Source of the DNA: a bacterium
GTDB lineage: Archaea > Thermoplasmatota > E2 > JACPAO01 > JAHFTW01
Length of the DNA stretch: 64,000 bases
Reading direction: 5' to 3'
NCBI GenBank assembly: GCA_040390065.1
Contig: JAZJZE010000005.1
Location: 277,170-341,169, forward strand
Shown here in pieces: positions 18,483 to 27,076 of the stretch. The first letter of the stretch is position 1; each line of letters starts with the position of its first letter. The position numbers and the translations under genes were made by a program. The notes under the pieces were generated by a model. The model did no database searches. It saw only the letters and a list, made by a program, of their open reading frames with translations, and was not told the DNA's origin.

Positions 18483-19601
18483 TCACGACGGGTGGTCCCG
18501 CCGCGCGGCGTCCCCGTAGATCTCCAGCAACTCCGCCGTGATGCGGTCCCAGTTGAACAAGTCGAGCCGGGCCGCACTCGCCTTCGACATCTTGCCGCGC
18601 AAGGCGACGTCGGCTGCGACCTTGCCGACCTCGCGCGCCCAATCCTTCGGGTCATGCCCGAGAAGCGGCCCTGCATCCCCGACGGCTTCGGGGATGCCGC
18701 CGACGTCGGAGCAGACGAGCGGTGCACCGGCGGCCATCGCTTCGAGCAGGCTGAACGGGAACGACTCGAACCGGGCAGGATGGACGTAGACATCAGCGGC
18801 CTTCAGCAGCCGCACCTTCTCCTCTTCGCTGACCCAACCCGGGAACTTGACGCGGTGCGCGATCCCCAAACGTTGAGCCCGCTTCTTCCAAGCCTCGAGC
18901 ATCGGGCCGCGACCGACGAGGACGAGGTCGAAGGGCTCGGGGACGTCACGCCAGGCATCGATCAAGACGTCGAATCCCTTGAGGGCCACGAGGCGGCCCA
19001 CGGCGACGGCAAACGGATGCGGCAGGCTGGTCGCAGGCCGGCCTTCGATGCGCTTGATCTCGTCGAGTTCGACGGCGTTGTAGTTGAGGCGCAGCGGTTC
19101 GGCAGGAAAGCCATGTTGCACGAGGTCGCGGCGCACACGATCGCTGACGCAAACGACGCGGCGAGCGGCGCGCAGGGTCCGCATGTACATGCGGTCGTTG
19201 ACTTTGCTCGCCAAGCCAAGGATCCCTTTCCCTTCGCCGTAGGTGTTGTGATACGTGATGACGCCCGGACATGAAATCTCCCGGAACGCCTTGTTCCAAC
19301 TCGGCGACCAGCGGAAGTGGAAGTCCACGACGTCCGGAGCCAAGGCGTTGACGTACGCGGCGACTCCTTTCGTGCGTACCGGCGGCGGGTTGTAGAAGCG
19401 CTGCAGGGGGAAGGAGGACGGCAGCCGATGGACCGTGACGGCGCCTTCCTTTTCGATGCCGGCGGCCGTGCCTTCGAGCTGGGCGGTGACGATGTGCACG
19501 TCGTGGCCTTGCGCGGCCAGCCGCTGCGTGATGCTGCGGATGCGTCGCTCGATGCCGCCAGCGAAAGGAAAGTAGAAGGGGTTGAGGTGGACGATTCTCA
19601 T
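18483..19601 (-). CDS. Glycosyltransferase family 4
   Basis: FYFPFAGGIE, VGRLVALKGFD, ESFPFSLLEAMAAG (Ex7E), SDVGGIPE. Confidence 0.9.
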   Translation of the reverse strand: MRIVHLNPFYFPFAGGIERRIRSITQRLAAQGHDVHIVTAQLEGTAAGIEKEGAVTVHRLPSSFPLQRFYNPPPVRTKGVAAYVNALAPDVVDFHFRWSPSWNKAFREISCPGVITYHNTYGEGKGILGLASKVNDRMYMRTLRAARRVVCVSDRVRRDLVQHGFPAEPLRLNYNAVELDEIKRIEGRPATSLPHPFAVAVGRLVALKGFDVLIDAWRDVPEPFDLVLVGRGPMLEAWKKRAQRLGIAHRVKFPGWVSEEEKVRLLKAADVYVHPARFESFPFSLLEAMAAGAPLVCSDVGGIPEAVGDAGPLLGHDPKDWAREVGKVAADVALRGKMSKASAARLDLFNWDRITAELLEIYGDAARRDHPS

Positions 19602-19839
19602 GGCAACCCCCAAGCACTGTGTGGGGCCGGAGGCTTGGAAAGCCGCAGGCCCCACCCGTGTTGATCGACCTGACTGCAGGTCGCAGGGAAGTAGAAGGGG
19701 TTGAGGTGGACGATTCTCATGGCAACCCCCAAGCACTGTGTGGGGCCGGAGGCTTGGAAAGCCGCAGGCCCCACCCGTATTGATCGACCTGACTGCAGGT
19801 CGCAGGGAAGTAGAAGGGGTTGAGGTGGACGATGCGCAA
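19566..19839 (-). repeat. 119-bp tandem repeat (about 2.3 copies): 36 bp of GT4 5' end plus an 83-bp hairpin core
   Basis: Units begin near 19570, 19689 and 19808; one SNP between cores (19660 G / 19779 A); the third copy starts TTG CGC rather than ATG AGA. Confidence 0.95.
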
Positions 19840-19946
19840 GGCCAACGACCGGCCCACGGGCCGCTCCCTCAAGACCCTGGCGCCTCCCTGGGGCTACATA
19901 AGGGTTAGGCGGCACTCTCAAGCCTTTTGGAGGGGAATCCTGGGGC

Positions 19947-20201
19947 ATGCCGGGGCGAAGCAAGTGCGCAACATGTGGGCGCCCGTTTGCCCGTCCGGAC
20001 CGCATCTGCCGGACATGCGAGCCAGGGCATGAGGCTCCCGCCGTGCACATCCCGGAGCCGCCGCCGCAGTACCATAGCCCGCCTGCCGGTATCTTCCGGG
20101 CCTCTTGGCCGCCGATCTTCGTGGCCGTCTTGGTGTTGACCTTGCTCGTTGCGATGTCTACGCTGGTCCTGGCCGTCGCCGTGGGCGCGGCGGGGCCGTG
20201 A
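19947..20201 (+). CDS. Small zinc-ribbon protein with C-terminal TM helix
   Basis: CATC...CRTC, Pro-rich linker, hydrophobic C-terminus. Confidence 0.55.
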   Translation: MPGRSKCATCGRPFARPDRICRTCEPGHEAPAVHIPEPPPQYHSPPAGIFRASWPPIFVAVLVLTLLVAMSTLVLAVAVGAAGP

Positions 20202-20241
20202 CAGGGAGAAGCCTGAAGCCGGGGTCGCCGTCGCCGCAGCC

Positions 20242-21483
20242 ATGCCCCTCCCCCCGCAGGCGCAGGGCCTGTGCGACCGATGCCTTGGTCGTCGGCTGAT
20301 TGGCGCGGCAGGGGAGGCACCGCAGCGGGCGTCCGGTGCGGCGGCCCGCACGGCCGAAGGCTGGACCGAGGTGGCCGAGGCCTCCTGCTCAGTATGCGAG
20401 GGAGCGTTTGCCGATGCGCCGCAATGGCTCGCCGCGGCGCTGGAAGCCTCCAAGCCGTACGAGTTCACCACGTTCCAGGCCGGGACCAAGTTTCCCGGAG
20501 GATGCGAGGCACTCGAGAAGGCGCTATCCGCGGCGATTGGGCAGGACAAGGTCGGCGAGACCATCCGCACGGAGGCCAATCGGCTGCTTGGCGCGGGATT
20601 CTCGGCCGCGACCGGTGCCAAGCCCGTCGCCGAAGGCGGCCGCCCGGACCTCGTCCTCACGGTCGACACGCGGTTCTGGTCTTGCGACGCGCAGGCCGGG
20701 CCCGTCTTCGTGCGTGGTCGGTACAACAAGCTCCGCCGCGACATCCCGCAGACGCATTGGCCGTGCCGGCGCTGCCAAGGAACGGGCTGCTGGCAATGCA
20801 ACGATACGGGTGTCACGTATGCCGAGTCGGTCGAGGACGCCATCGGTGATCCGACGCAGCCGCTGTTCGGTGCCACCTCCTTCAGTTTCCACGGCGCCGG
20901 CAGGGAGGACATCGATGCCCTGATGCTTGGCACCGGCCGACCTTTCATCCTCGAACTTGCGGACCCGAAGCGCCGCGCCGCCGACCTGCGTGAGATGGAG
21001 AACCGCATCAACGCCGAGACCGCGACGTCGGGCACGCGCGTGCAAGACCTGCGCATGGCGAACCGGGAGGAGGTCGTCGCCATCAAGGAAGGCGAGTACA
21101 ACAAGGAGTACCTGGCGCATTGCCTCGCCGAAGCGCCGTTGACCAGGACACAGGTCGAAGCACTCTGCCAGCAACTCACGGGCACGATTCTCGAGCAGCG
21201 CACCCCGGAACGCGTCAGCCACCGCCGCGCCGACCTCGTGCGCCGCCGCACGGTCCACCACGTCGTCGTCGAGGCCATGCCAGCGGACCCGGGCGTCCGC
21301 TTCTCGCTGCGCGTGCTTGCCGAGTCGGGCACGTACATCAAGGAAATGGTCAACGGCGACGAAGGCCGCACGGTGCCGTCGTTTTCGTCCCTGGCCGGGG
21401 TCCCCGTCAAGGTCGAGTTCCTAGACGTCATGGCGATCCTCGACGACGTGGCGCCCACCGGGGCTCCCGCTGACGCCGGCTAA
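20242..21483 (+). CDS. pus10: tRNA pseudouridine(54/55) synthase Pus10
   Basis: LCDRCLGRR, GRYNKLRRDIPQTHW, FHGAGREDID, QRTPERVSHRRADLVR, GTYIKE. Confidence 0.95.
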   Translation: MPLPPQAQGLCDRCLGRRLIGAAGEAPQRASGAAARTAEGWTEVAEASCSVCEGAFADAPQWLAAALEASKPYEFTTFQAGTKFPGGCEALEKALSAAIGQDKVGETIRTEANRLLGAGFSAATGAKPVAEGGRPDLVLTVDTRFWSCDAQAGPVFVRGRYNKLRRDIPQTHWPCRRCQGTGCWQCNDTGVTYAESVEDAIGDPTQPLFGATSFSFHGAGREDIDALMLGTGRPFILELADPKRRAADLREMENRINAETATSGTRVQDLRMANREEVVAIKEGEYNKEYLAHCLAEAPLTRTQVEALCQQLTGTILEQRTPERVSHRRADLVRRRTVHHVVVEAMPADPGVRFSLRVLAESGTYIKEMVNGDEGRTVPSFSSLAGVPVKVEFLDVMAILDDVAPTGAPADAG

Positions 21484-21487
21484 ACGG

Positions 21488-21494
21488 TTATAAA
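21488..21494 (+). promoter_or_regulatory. TATA box of the rpl21e operon
   Basis: TTATAAA immediately after the pus10 stop. Confidence 0.55.
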
Positions 21495-21566
21495 CCTGGA
21501 CCGGTCCCGTGAGTCCACCGAGTGCGGTGCCCTACATGGGGTGCCGTGCCAATCCAAGGTTTGACC

Positions 21567-21869
21567 ATGCCCGTCCGCTCCAAGGGACTCCGCAGCAAGA
21601 CCCGCCACCTGCTCCTCAAGGACCCGCGCAAGCGCGGTGTTCTGCCCCCCAACCGCGTCCTGCGGCAGTTCGCCATCGGCTCGACGGTCGCCGTCAAGAT
21701 GGAGCCGTCGCAGCACAGCGGCATGACGCACAAGCGCTTCCAGGGCCTGACCGGCACCGTGCGCGCCAAGCAAGGCGAAGCCTTCGTCATCGACGTCATG
21801 CACGGCAACATGGCCAAGACGCTCGTCGTTCGCGCCGAGCACCTCATCCCGATCCAGTCCCAGAAGTAA
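21567..21869 (+). CDS. rpl21e: 50S ribosomal protein L21e
   Basis: SKGLRSKTRHLLLK...HSGMTHKRFQGLTG...RAEHL. Confidence 0.95.
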   Translation: MPVRSKGLRSKTRHLLLKDPRKRGVLPPNRVLRQFAIGSTVAVKMEPSQHSGMTHKRFQGLTGTVRAKQGEAFVIDVMHGNMAKTLVVRAEHLIPIQSQK

Positions 21870-21882
21870 GGAGGCCCTCACC

Positions 21883-22248
21883 ATGTCCGACGCCGACGTC
21901 ATCCTTGAAGAGACCGTGGAGGAAGGCCGCCTCGTCAGCCTCGGCGAAGTGAAGGCGATGCTGGAGAAGGCCCAGGTCGACCGCGACGAACTGACTTACG
22001 AGCAGAAGATCGCCCTCGAGCACGCCAAGCGCTTCGCCCGCATCGACGGGAAGACCGCGAAGACGCTGGCGGCCGACGTCGGCAAGGCCCTGCCCGGCCT
22101 CGAGGAGAAGTTCTGCATCCGCGTCGCCGACCTTCTGCCGCAGCACCCCGACGACGTGCGCGCCATCCTGCAGAAGTCGCGCCACGACCTGACCGACGAC
22201 GAGATCGCCAAGATCATCGCCATCGTGGACCAGCACTACACTGCGTAA
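21883..22248 (+). CDS. rpoF: RNA polymerase subunit Rpo4 (RpoF)
   Basis: ELTYEQKIALEHAKRF, ADLLPQHPDDVRAIL; conserved position after rpl21e. Confidence 0.9.
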   Translation: MSDADVILEETVEEGRLVSLGEVKAMLEKAQVDRDELTYEQKIALEHAKRFARIDGKTAKTLAADVGKALPGLEEKFCIRVADLLPQHPDDVRAILQKSRHDLTDDEIAKIIAIVDQHYTA

Positions 22249-22265
22249 GCCCAGGAGGCCAACCC

Positions 22266-22853
22266 ATGGAAGACTACGTCCACATCCTTGACTACTTGCC
22301 CCAAGGCCGCCCCGACTCGCCGCCCAGCCGGCGCGAGCCGACGCTGCTTGGCCTCGGCGAGCAGCAGTTCACGCTCTTCGAGCTCGTGCCCAAGTCGGGC
22401 GCGCAGTTCACCATCGGCGACCGCGCCTACGTCGGCAAGGACGTCGACCAGCGCACCCTGGTCCAGAAGATCCGGGGCCGCATCCAATACCACGAGTTGA
22501 CACCTGCCGCGCACGGCGAGCTGCCGTACGTCATCGAGGACGTCGTCAAGACGGACCCGGCGCGCTTCCTGAAGTTCTTCAACGACGCGCCATCGATCTC
22601 CGTGCGCTACCACGCCCTGGAACTCCTGCCTGGCATCGGCAAGAAATCCGTCGAGCACCTCGTCACCGAGCGCAAGAAGCCCTTCGAGTCGTTCGAGGAC
22701 CTCGAGGCGCGCGGCAAGGTCGCCCATCCGATGAAGGTCGTGATTGGCCGCATCCTGCACGAACTGCAGGACCCCACTGAAAAGTATCACATCTTCGTGC
22801 GCCCTCCCGCTCAGGAGAGGGAAGAGTGGCGTGGTCCCCGCAGGGGACCGTAG
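22266..22853 (+). CDS. DUF655 family RNA-binding (S1/HhH) protein
   Basis: MEDYVHILDYLPQG, FFNDAPSISVRYHALELLPGIGKK, PFESFEDL; conserved synteny. Confidence 0.9.
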   Translation: MEDYVHILDYLPQGRPDSPPSRREPTLLGLGEQQFTLFELVPKSGAQFTIGDRAYVGKDVDQRTLVQKIRGRIQYHELTPAAHGELPYVIEDVVKTDPARFLKFFNDAPSISVRYHALELLPGIGKKSVEHLVTERKKPFESFEDLEARGKVAHPMKVVIGRILHELQDPTEKYHIFVRPPAQEREEWRGPRRGP

Positions 22854-23040
22854 CGCCCTCGACCCCGATTCCTCGGGAGGGCGCATCGGGCTACGGCCCG
22901 CAAGGGCCGTAGCGCAGGTCAGCCCTCCTGCTCAGGAGAGGGAAGAATGGCGCGGGCCGCGGCGCGGCCCGTAGCGCGCCCTCTGCGCGAATTGTCGGCG
23001 GACGCATCGGGCTACGACCCGCAGGAGACCGTAACGCCCG
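22801..23040. repeat. 121-bp duplication of the DUF655 3' end within a ~60-bp-period hairpin array (GTAG-REP/BIME-like)
   Basis: GCCCTCC.GCTCAGGAGAGGGAAGA at 22801 and 22922; CCGTA(G/A)CGC at 22848, 22907, 22969 and 23029; CGCATCGGGCTACG twice. Confidence 0.85.
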
Positions 23041-23145
23041 TGGGATAAAGGCCGAGCCGGGGGTCCGGTCGGTGTGAGTGTTGAGCCTTGCCGCACTTGG
23101 GCAAGCGGCCCCCGGACTCGACCATCCCGCCAGTGGGCCTCACGG

Positions 23146-23214
23146 TATTTCACTCGTATGGGCCGATTGTTGCAACGTCCAGGCGCTCTATTTCACCCAT
23201 GTGGGCCAATCGTT
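23146..23214. repeat. 26-bp direct repeat pair (period 43)
   Basis: TATTTCACTCGTATGGGCCGATTGTT (23146-23171) and TATTTCACCCATGTGGGCCAATCGTT (23189-23214). Confidence 0.7.
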
Positions 23215-23263
23215 TCGTGGCGGCGGGGGGCCGGTTGAAATCCCGGCAGGCGGTGGGCACGGC

Positions 23264-24067
23264 GTGGGCCAGCGGCTCGGCCAGCACTTCCTTCGCGACG
23301 ACCGCGTGCTGGAGGACATCGTCGCAGCAGCCCAACTCAAGCCGGGCCAGCGTATCCTCGAGATTGGGCCAGGCCCTGGCAACCTGACGGCCCGACTTGC
23401 TGCGGCGGCCGGATCAAGCGGCGAGGTCGTCGCCATCGAGGCCGACCGGGAACTCGCCACGGCCCTGGAAGGCAAGTGGCCCAACGTCCACGTCGTGGCG
23501 GGCGATGCCGTGCGCGAGGACCTTGCCGCGCTGGGCCGGTTCCACCGCATCGTCGCCAACTTGCCGTACCTCATCTCCGGACCGATCACGATTGCGTTTC
23601 TCGAGTTGCTGGCCAAGCCCGCCACGCGCTGGGACCTCGCCGTCCTCATGTATCAGCGGGAATTCGCCGAGCGCCTGCTTGCCCACCCGAGCTCGCACGA
23701 CTACGGCCGGCTGACGGTGCAGGCCGCGCGTTGGTGCCGCGTCACGCCAGTGCGGGACGTTGCGCCGGGTGCATTCAATCCGCCGCCGCGCGTCGACTCC
23801 ATGGTCGTCGCACTGCAGCCACACGCAACGCCGCCGTTTGCCGTCGACGACGAACGCGTCTGGCAAGCCGTGCTCGACGGCACGTTCCAGCGCCGCCGCA
23901 AGCAACTGCGCAACAGTCTGCCCGCCGCCGTCGGGGGAATCGGTATCCCGCAGGACCACACGCTTGCGACCCTCGACAATCTCGGTTGGACGACGCGTCG
24001 GCCGGAGAACCTGTCGCCGCGCGAATTCGCCGAACTGGGAAACGCCCTGGGACGTGCCGCGAGATGA
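23264..24067 (+). CDS. rsmA: 16S rRNA adenine dimethyltransferase KsgA/RsmA
   Basis: LGQHFL, LEIGPGPG, VANLPYLIS, FNPPPRVDS; GTG start 23 nt after TTGAAA. Confidence 0.95.
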   Translation: MGQRLGQHFLRDDRVLEDIVAAAQLKPGQRILEIGPGPGNLTARLAAAAGSSGEVVAIEADRELATALEGKWPNVHVVAGDAVREDLAALGRFHRIVANLPYLISGPITIAFLELLAKPATRWDLAVLMYQREFAERLLAHPSSHDYGRLTVQAARWCRVTPVRDVAPGAFNPPPRVDSMVVALQPHATPPFAVDDERVWQAVLDGTFQRRRKQLRNSLPAAVGGIGIPQDHTLATLDNLGWTTRRPENLSPREFAELGNALGRAAR

Positions 24068-24669
24068 ACTGGAAAGGACCGGACGGCCACGCCTACTTCG
24101 TGGCCACGCATCCCGACGTGTACGTGCCCAGCGACGACACGTTCCTTCTGGCGAAGGCCGTGGCCCAGGAAGTCGTGCCAGGCCAACGTTTTGTCGAGGT
24201 CGGCTGCGGCGCCGGCCTGGTCAGTCTCGTTGCGGCCCACGCCGGAGCGGCGGTCACTGCCACGGACCTGAATCCGCACGCCATCGCGACGGCGCGGCAC
24301 AACGCCCGCGAAAACCACCTCGGCATGGATGTCGTGCAGGCCGACCTGTTGGCCGGCCTGTCCGGGCCGTTCGACGTGGTGGCCTTCAATCCGCCGTACC
24401 TGCCGACGGCCCCCGACGAGGTCGTGCCCGGCCCGCTCAACCTGGCCTTCGACGGCGGCAAAGACGGAAACGGCACCGTGCTGCGCTTCGCCCAGCAGCT
24501 CAGCCGCCTCGCGCATCGCCCCCGCACGGTCCTCGTCGTGCACAGCTCCCTTTCAGATCCAGGCCCGCTTGCCGCGGCGATGGCTGCGCTCGGCTACACC
24601 TGCGACGTGGTGCTCGAGGAGAACCACTTCTTCGAACGGCTTGCCGTGCGGCGCTTCCGTCAGGGTTGA
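24064..24669 (+). CDS. HemK2/Mtq2-like N5-glutamine methyltransferase
   Basis: VYVPSDDTFLL, EVGCGAG, FNPPYLP, DGGKDG. Confidence 0.9.
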   Translation: MNWKGPDGHAYFVATHPDVYVPSDDTFLLAKAVAQEVVPGQRFVEVGCGAGLVSLVAAHAGAAVTATDLNPHAIATARHNARENHLGMDVVQADLLAGLSGPFDVVAFNPPYLPTAPDEVVPGPLNLAFDGGKDGNGTVLRFAQQLSRLAHRPRTVLVVHSSLSDPGPLAAAMAALGYTCDVVLEENHFFERLAVRRFRQG

Positions 24670-25808
24670 CGGCGCCGCGCGAGGACCACGAGGGCGACGG
24701 CGAGGACGTTGAGTGCGAATTCGATGCCGGGAGAGGCCTTGGAGGAACCGCCCGTGTCGCCTTCACGCGTGAAGCCGTTGTCGTCGGTCGTCGTGGCCGG
24801 CTGCGTCGTGTCGCCGCTGGGGCCGCCGCTTGGGCCCGTCGTCGGCGGCGGGGCCGTCTTGATGACGTCGATGGACACGTCCACCGTCTTGTTGGCGCCG
24901 GCCGTGCTCGTGACCTTGACCTTGAACGGCACGTGCGTGCCGCCCGTCGCGGTCGACGAGATCGTGACCTTGAGGACCGTCGGCGTCGAAGCGTCCTTGG
25001 CGATGTCACCAGTCAGCGGGTTGAATGCCGCCGTGTAGCCATTAGGAAGGCCCACGGTGGACATGGTGAACTTGGTCGCAGCGCCGAGATTCTTCACGGT
25101 CAGGTTGTAGAAGCCCGATTCGCCGGGCGGAGCCGACGCAGACGTCTTGGCAGCCACGAGGTCGAGCGCCTCGCCTCCGACGGCTTGGACGGCGCCCGGG
25201 ATCCCCGTTGCGGTGAGCGCCGACGTCGTGGCACCCGTCATGATGACGATGTTGTTGGCCGCGGCATTGGATGGCGGGTTCTCGGAGAAGACGATGATGC
25301 CAGTCGAGACGATTTGCCCGGACCTCACTTCGGTTCCGGCGGAGCCGACGACGGGGATGTCGACTTGCACTGAGCCGCCCGGGATACAGGTGGCCGGCGG
25401 CAGGTACAGGACGAACGGGTCGCCGGAGTTGGAGATCTCCGTCCCGTCGAGGTACACGTGGCCGTCGACCTCGATGGCCGCCCACGCAGCCGTGCAGCCG
25501 AGAAGGGCGTGGATGGTGATGTCGCCCGTGAACGTGAAGTCCTGGGTCGCCGTGTAGTCCCAGTAGTTGTAACACGAGTCGGCGCCATACGAGGCGGCCG
25601 CGGCAGCGGTCCCGGCCGGCGGCGCGGTCGTGGTTGCCTCGTAGTGGTTCTCGAAGACGGCCTCGGGGCAGGCCGCGTTCGCCGTGACCGTGCTCTTGAG
25701 CGTGCTACCGAAGTAGATCGCCCCCGCCGGCGCCTGCGCACCCGCGTGCGGGACGGAGACGGCCGCGAAGGCCAAAGCTAGAGCGAGGAGGAACCCACCT
25801 GTTCGCAT
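24660..25808 (-). CDS. Cell-surface protein paralog 1 (signal peptide, variable domain, Ig-like domain, SPG-TM-RRR anchor)
   Basis: YNLTVKNLG...YTAAFNPL...GGTHVPFKVKV...GANKT; KASPGIEF-TM-RRRQP. Confidence 0.85.
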   Translation of the reverse strand: MRTGGFLLALALAFAAVSVPHAGAQAPAGAIYFGSTLKSTVTANAACPEAVFENHYEATTTAPPAGTAAAAASYGADSCYNYWDYTATQDFTFTGDITIHALLGCTAAWAAIEVDGHVYLDGTEISNSGDPFVLYLPPATCIPGGSVQVDIPVVGSAGTEVRSGQIVSTGIIVFSENPPSNAAANNIVIMTGATTSALTATGIPGAVQAVGGEALDLVAAKTSASAPPGESGFYNLTVKNLGAATKFTMSTVGLPNGYTAAFNPLTGDIAKDASTPTVLKVTISSTATGGTHVPFKVKVTSTAGANKTVDVSIDVIKTAPPPTTGPSGGPSGDTTQPATTTDDNGFTREGDTGGSSKASPGIEFALNVLAVALVVLARRRQP

Positions 25809-25851
25809 GGCTGGGGACTGTACCCCGACCCACTTCAAGGTTGCGGCATCG

Positions 25852-27027
25852 TTAGGCGACGCGGCGACGCATGGCGACGACGAGCATGCCGACGGCCAGG
25901 ACGTTGAGGGCGAACTCGATGCCGGGCGACTTCTTGGCCGTGCCCGTTTCGCCTTCGCCGGTGAAGCCTTCATCGGTCGTCTCGCCGCCGGGGCCGGTTC
26001 CGCCCGGGCCGGAGGTGCCGCCGGGGCCGGTCGTGCCGGGGCCGCCCGGCGTCTTTAGGACGTCGACTGCGAGGTCGATCGTCTTGTTGGCGCCGGCAGT
26101 GCTCGTAACCTTCACTTTGAAGGGAACGTGGGTGCCGCCGGTGGCCGAAGCCGGGATGGTGACCTTCAGGACCGTCGTCGCCGTCGAGTTGGCTGCCAGG
26201 TCGGCCGAGAGCGGGTTGAACGCCGCGGTGTAGCCGGTCGGCAGGCCCGTCGTCGACATGGTGTACTTGGTGGCCGTGCCCAGGTTCTTGACCGTGAGGT
26301 TGTAGAACGCCGGGTTGCCCGCGGGGGCGGAGGCGGCGGACTTGGCGGACGACAAGCCCACGGCCTCCGTGCCGACCTTGTTGATGGCCTCGACGATGAA
26401 GGCCGGATTCGTCATGGCGGAGGCCGCAGCCGCGGTTCCGGTGCTGACGTAGACCGTGCCTTCGGGGGCGGGTGGGCTGCCGTTCGGGGGGCTTGCCGTC
26501 TCGAAGAAGCCGGAGAGGCCGACGCTGACGAGGTCGCCAGCCACGAGGGGCGTGGTGTCGGCGGGGTCAAGGTCGACGCCGCTTGCCGTCAGCGAACCCG
26601 GCGTGCAGACGATCTGGTCGAACGTGTCGACGCGGGCGCCGAGGGCAGCGCCGTTGAGGTAGAGTTGCCAGCGCAGCGTGGTCGTGAGACCGCCGGCAGC
26701 TGCGGGGACGTCGCAGCCGATGTAGACGTTGACATGGACGACGGAGTCAAGCGTCGAGTCGCCGGTCATGGTGAACTCGAAGTAGATGGAGCAGAAGCTG
26801 AAGCCCGGGTTGGGGGCGTCCAGGTAGGCCTTGCCCTCGGTGGTTCCCGTAGGCGCGATGAGCGTCGTGCCGTAGTGGTTCTCGACAGGGCAGATGCCGC
26901 CGGCCGCGGGCGTGTTGGTCGCTGTGAAGTACACGTTGCCGGTCGCCGCTTGGGCGGTCGTCGTCTGCGTTGCGGCGAGCACTCCGAATGCCAGGAGCGC
27001 GGCCAACAGGATACCACTGGTTCGCAT
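25852..27027 (-). CDS. Cell-surface protein paralog 2
   Basis: Same constant C-terminal half; KKSPGIEF-TM-RRRVA. Confidence 0.85.
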   Translation of the reverse strand: MRTSGILLAALLAFGVLAATQTTTAQAATGNVYFTATNTPAAGGICPVENHYGTTLIAPTGTTEGKAYLDAPNPGFSFCSIYFEFTMTGDSTLDSVVHVNVYIGCDVPAAAGGLTTTLRWQLYLNGAALGARVDTFDQIVCTPGSLTASGVDLDPADTTPLVAGDLVSVGLSGFFETASPPNGSPPAPEGTVYVSTGTAAAASAMTNPAFIVEAINKVGTEAVGLSSAKSAASAPAGNPAFYNLTVKNLGTATKYTMSTTGLPTGYTAAFNPLSADLAANSTATTVLKVTIPASATGGTHVPFKVKVTSTAGANKTIDLAVDVLKTPGGPGTTGPGGTSGPGGTGPGGETTDEGFTGEGETGTAKKSPGIEFALNVLAVGMLVVAMRRRVA

Positions 27028-27076
27028 GCGAAAGCAGGTAGGCTGAGGGTTCTTCAACGTTGCGGCAACCCACTCT

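Noticed and set aside
19566-19839. 119-bp repeat as a CRISPR array
   Set aside because: The intervening sequences are near-identical rather than unique spacers, the repeat is host coding sequence, and no cas genes are present.
19566-19839. Three-stem unit as a hammerhead ribozyme (retrozyme)
   Set aside because: No CUGANGA/GAAA core in the junctions on either strand. Other ribozyme classes cannot be excluded without Infernal.
19566-19839. Pure assembly artefact
   Set aside because: The copies differ (one SNP and a recoded third copy) and a diverged homolog exists at 36.4 kb. Read support is still desirable.
23228-23250. GGTTGAAATCCC as a tRNA T-loop
   Set aside because: No cloverleaf; TTGAAA sits at promoter distance from the ksgA GTG.
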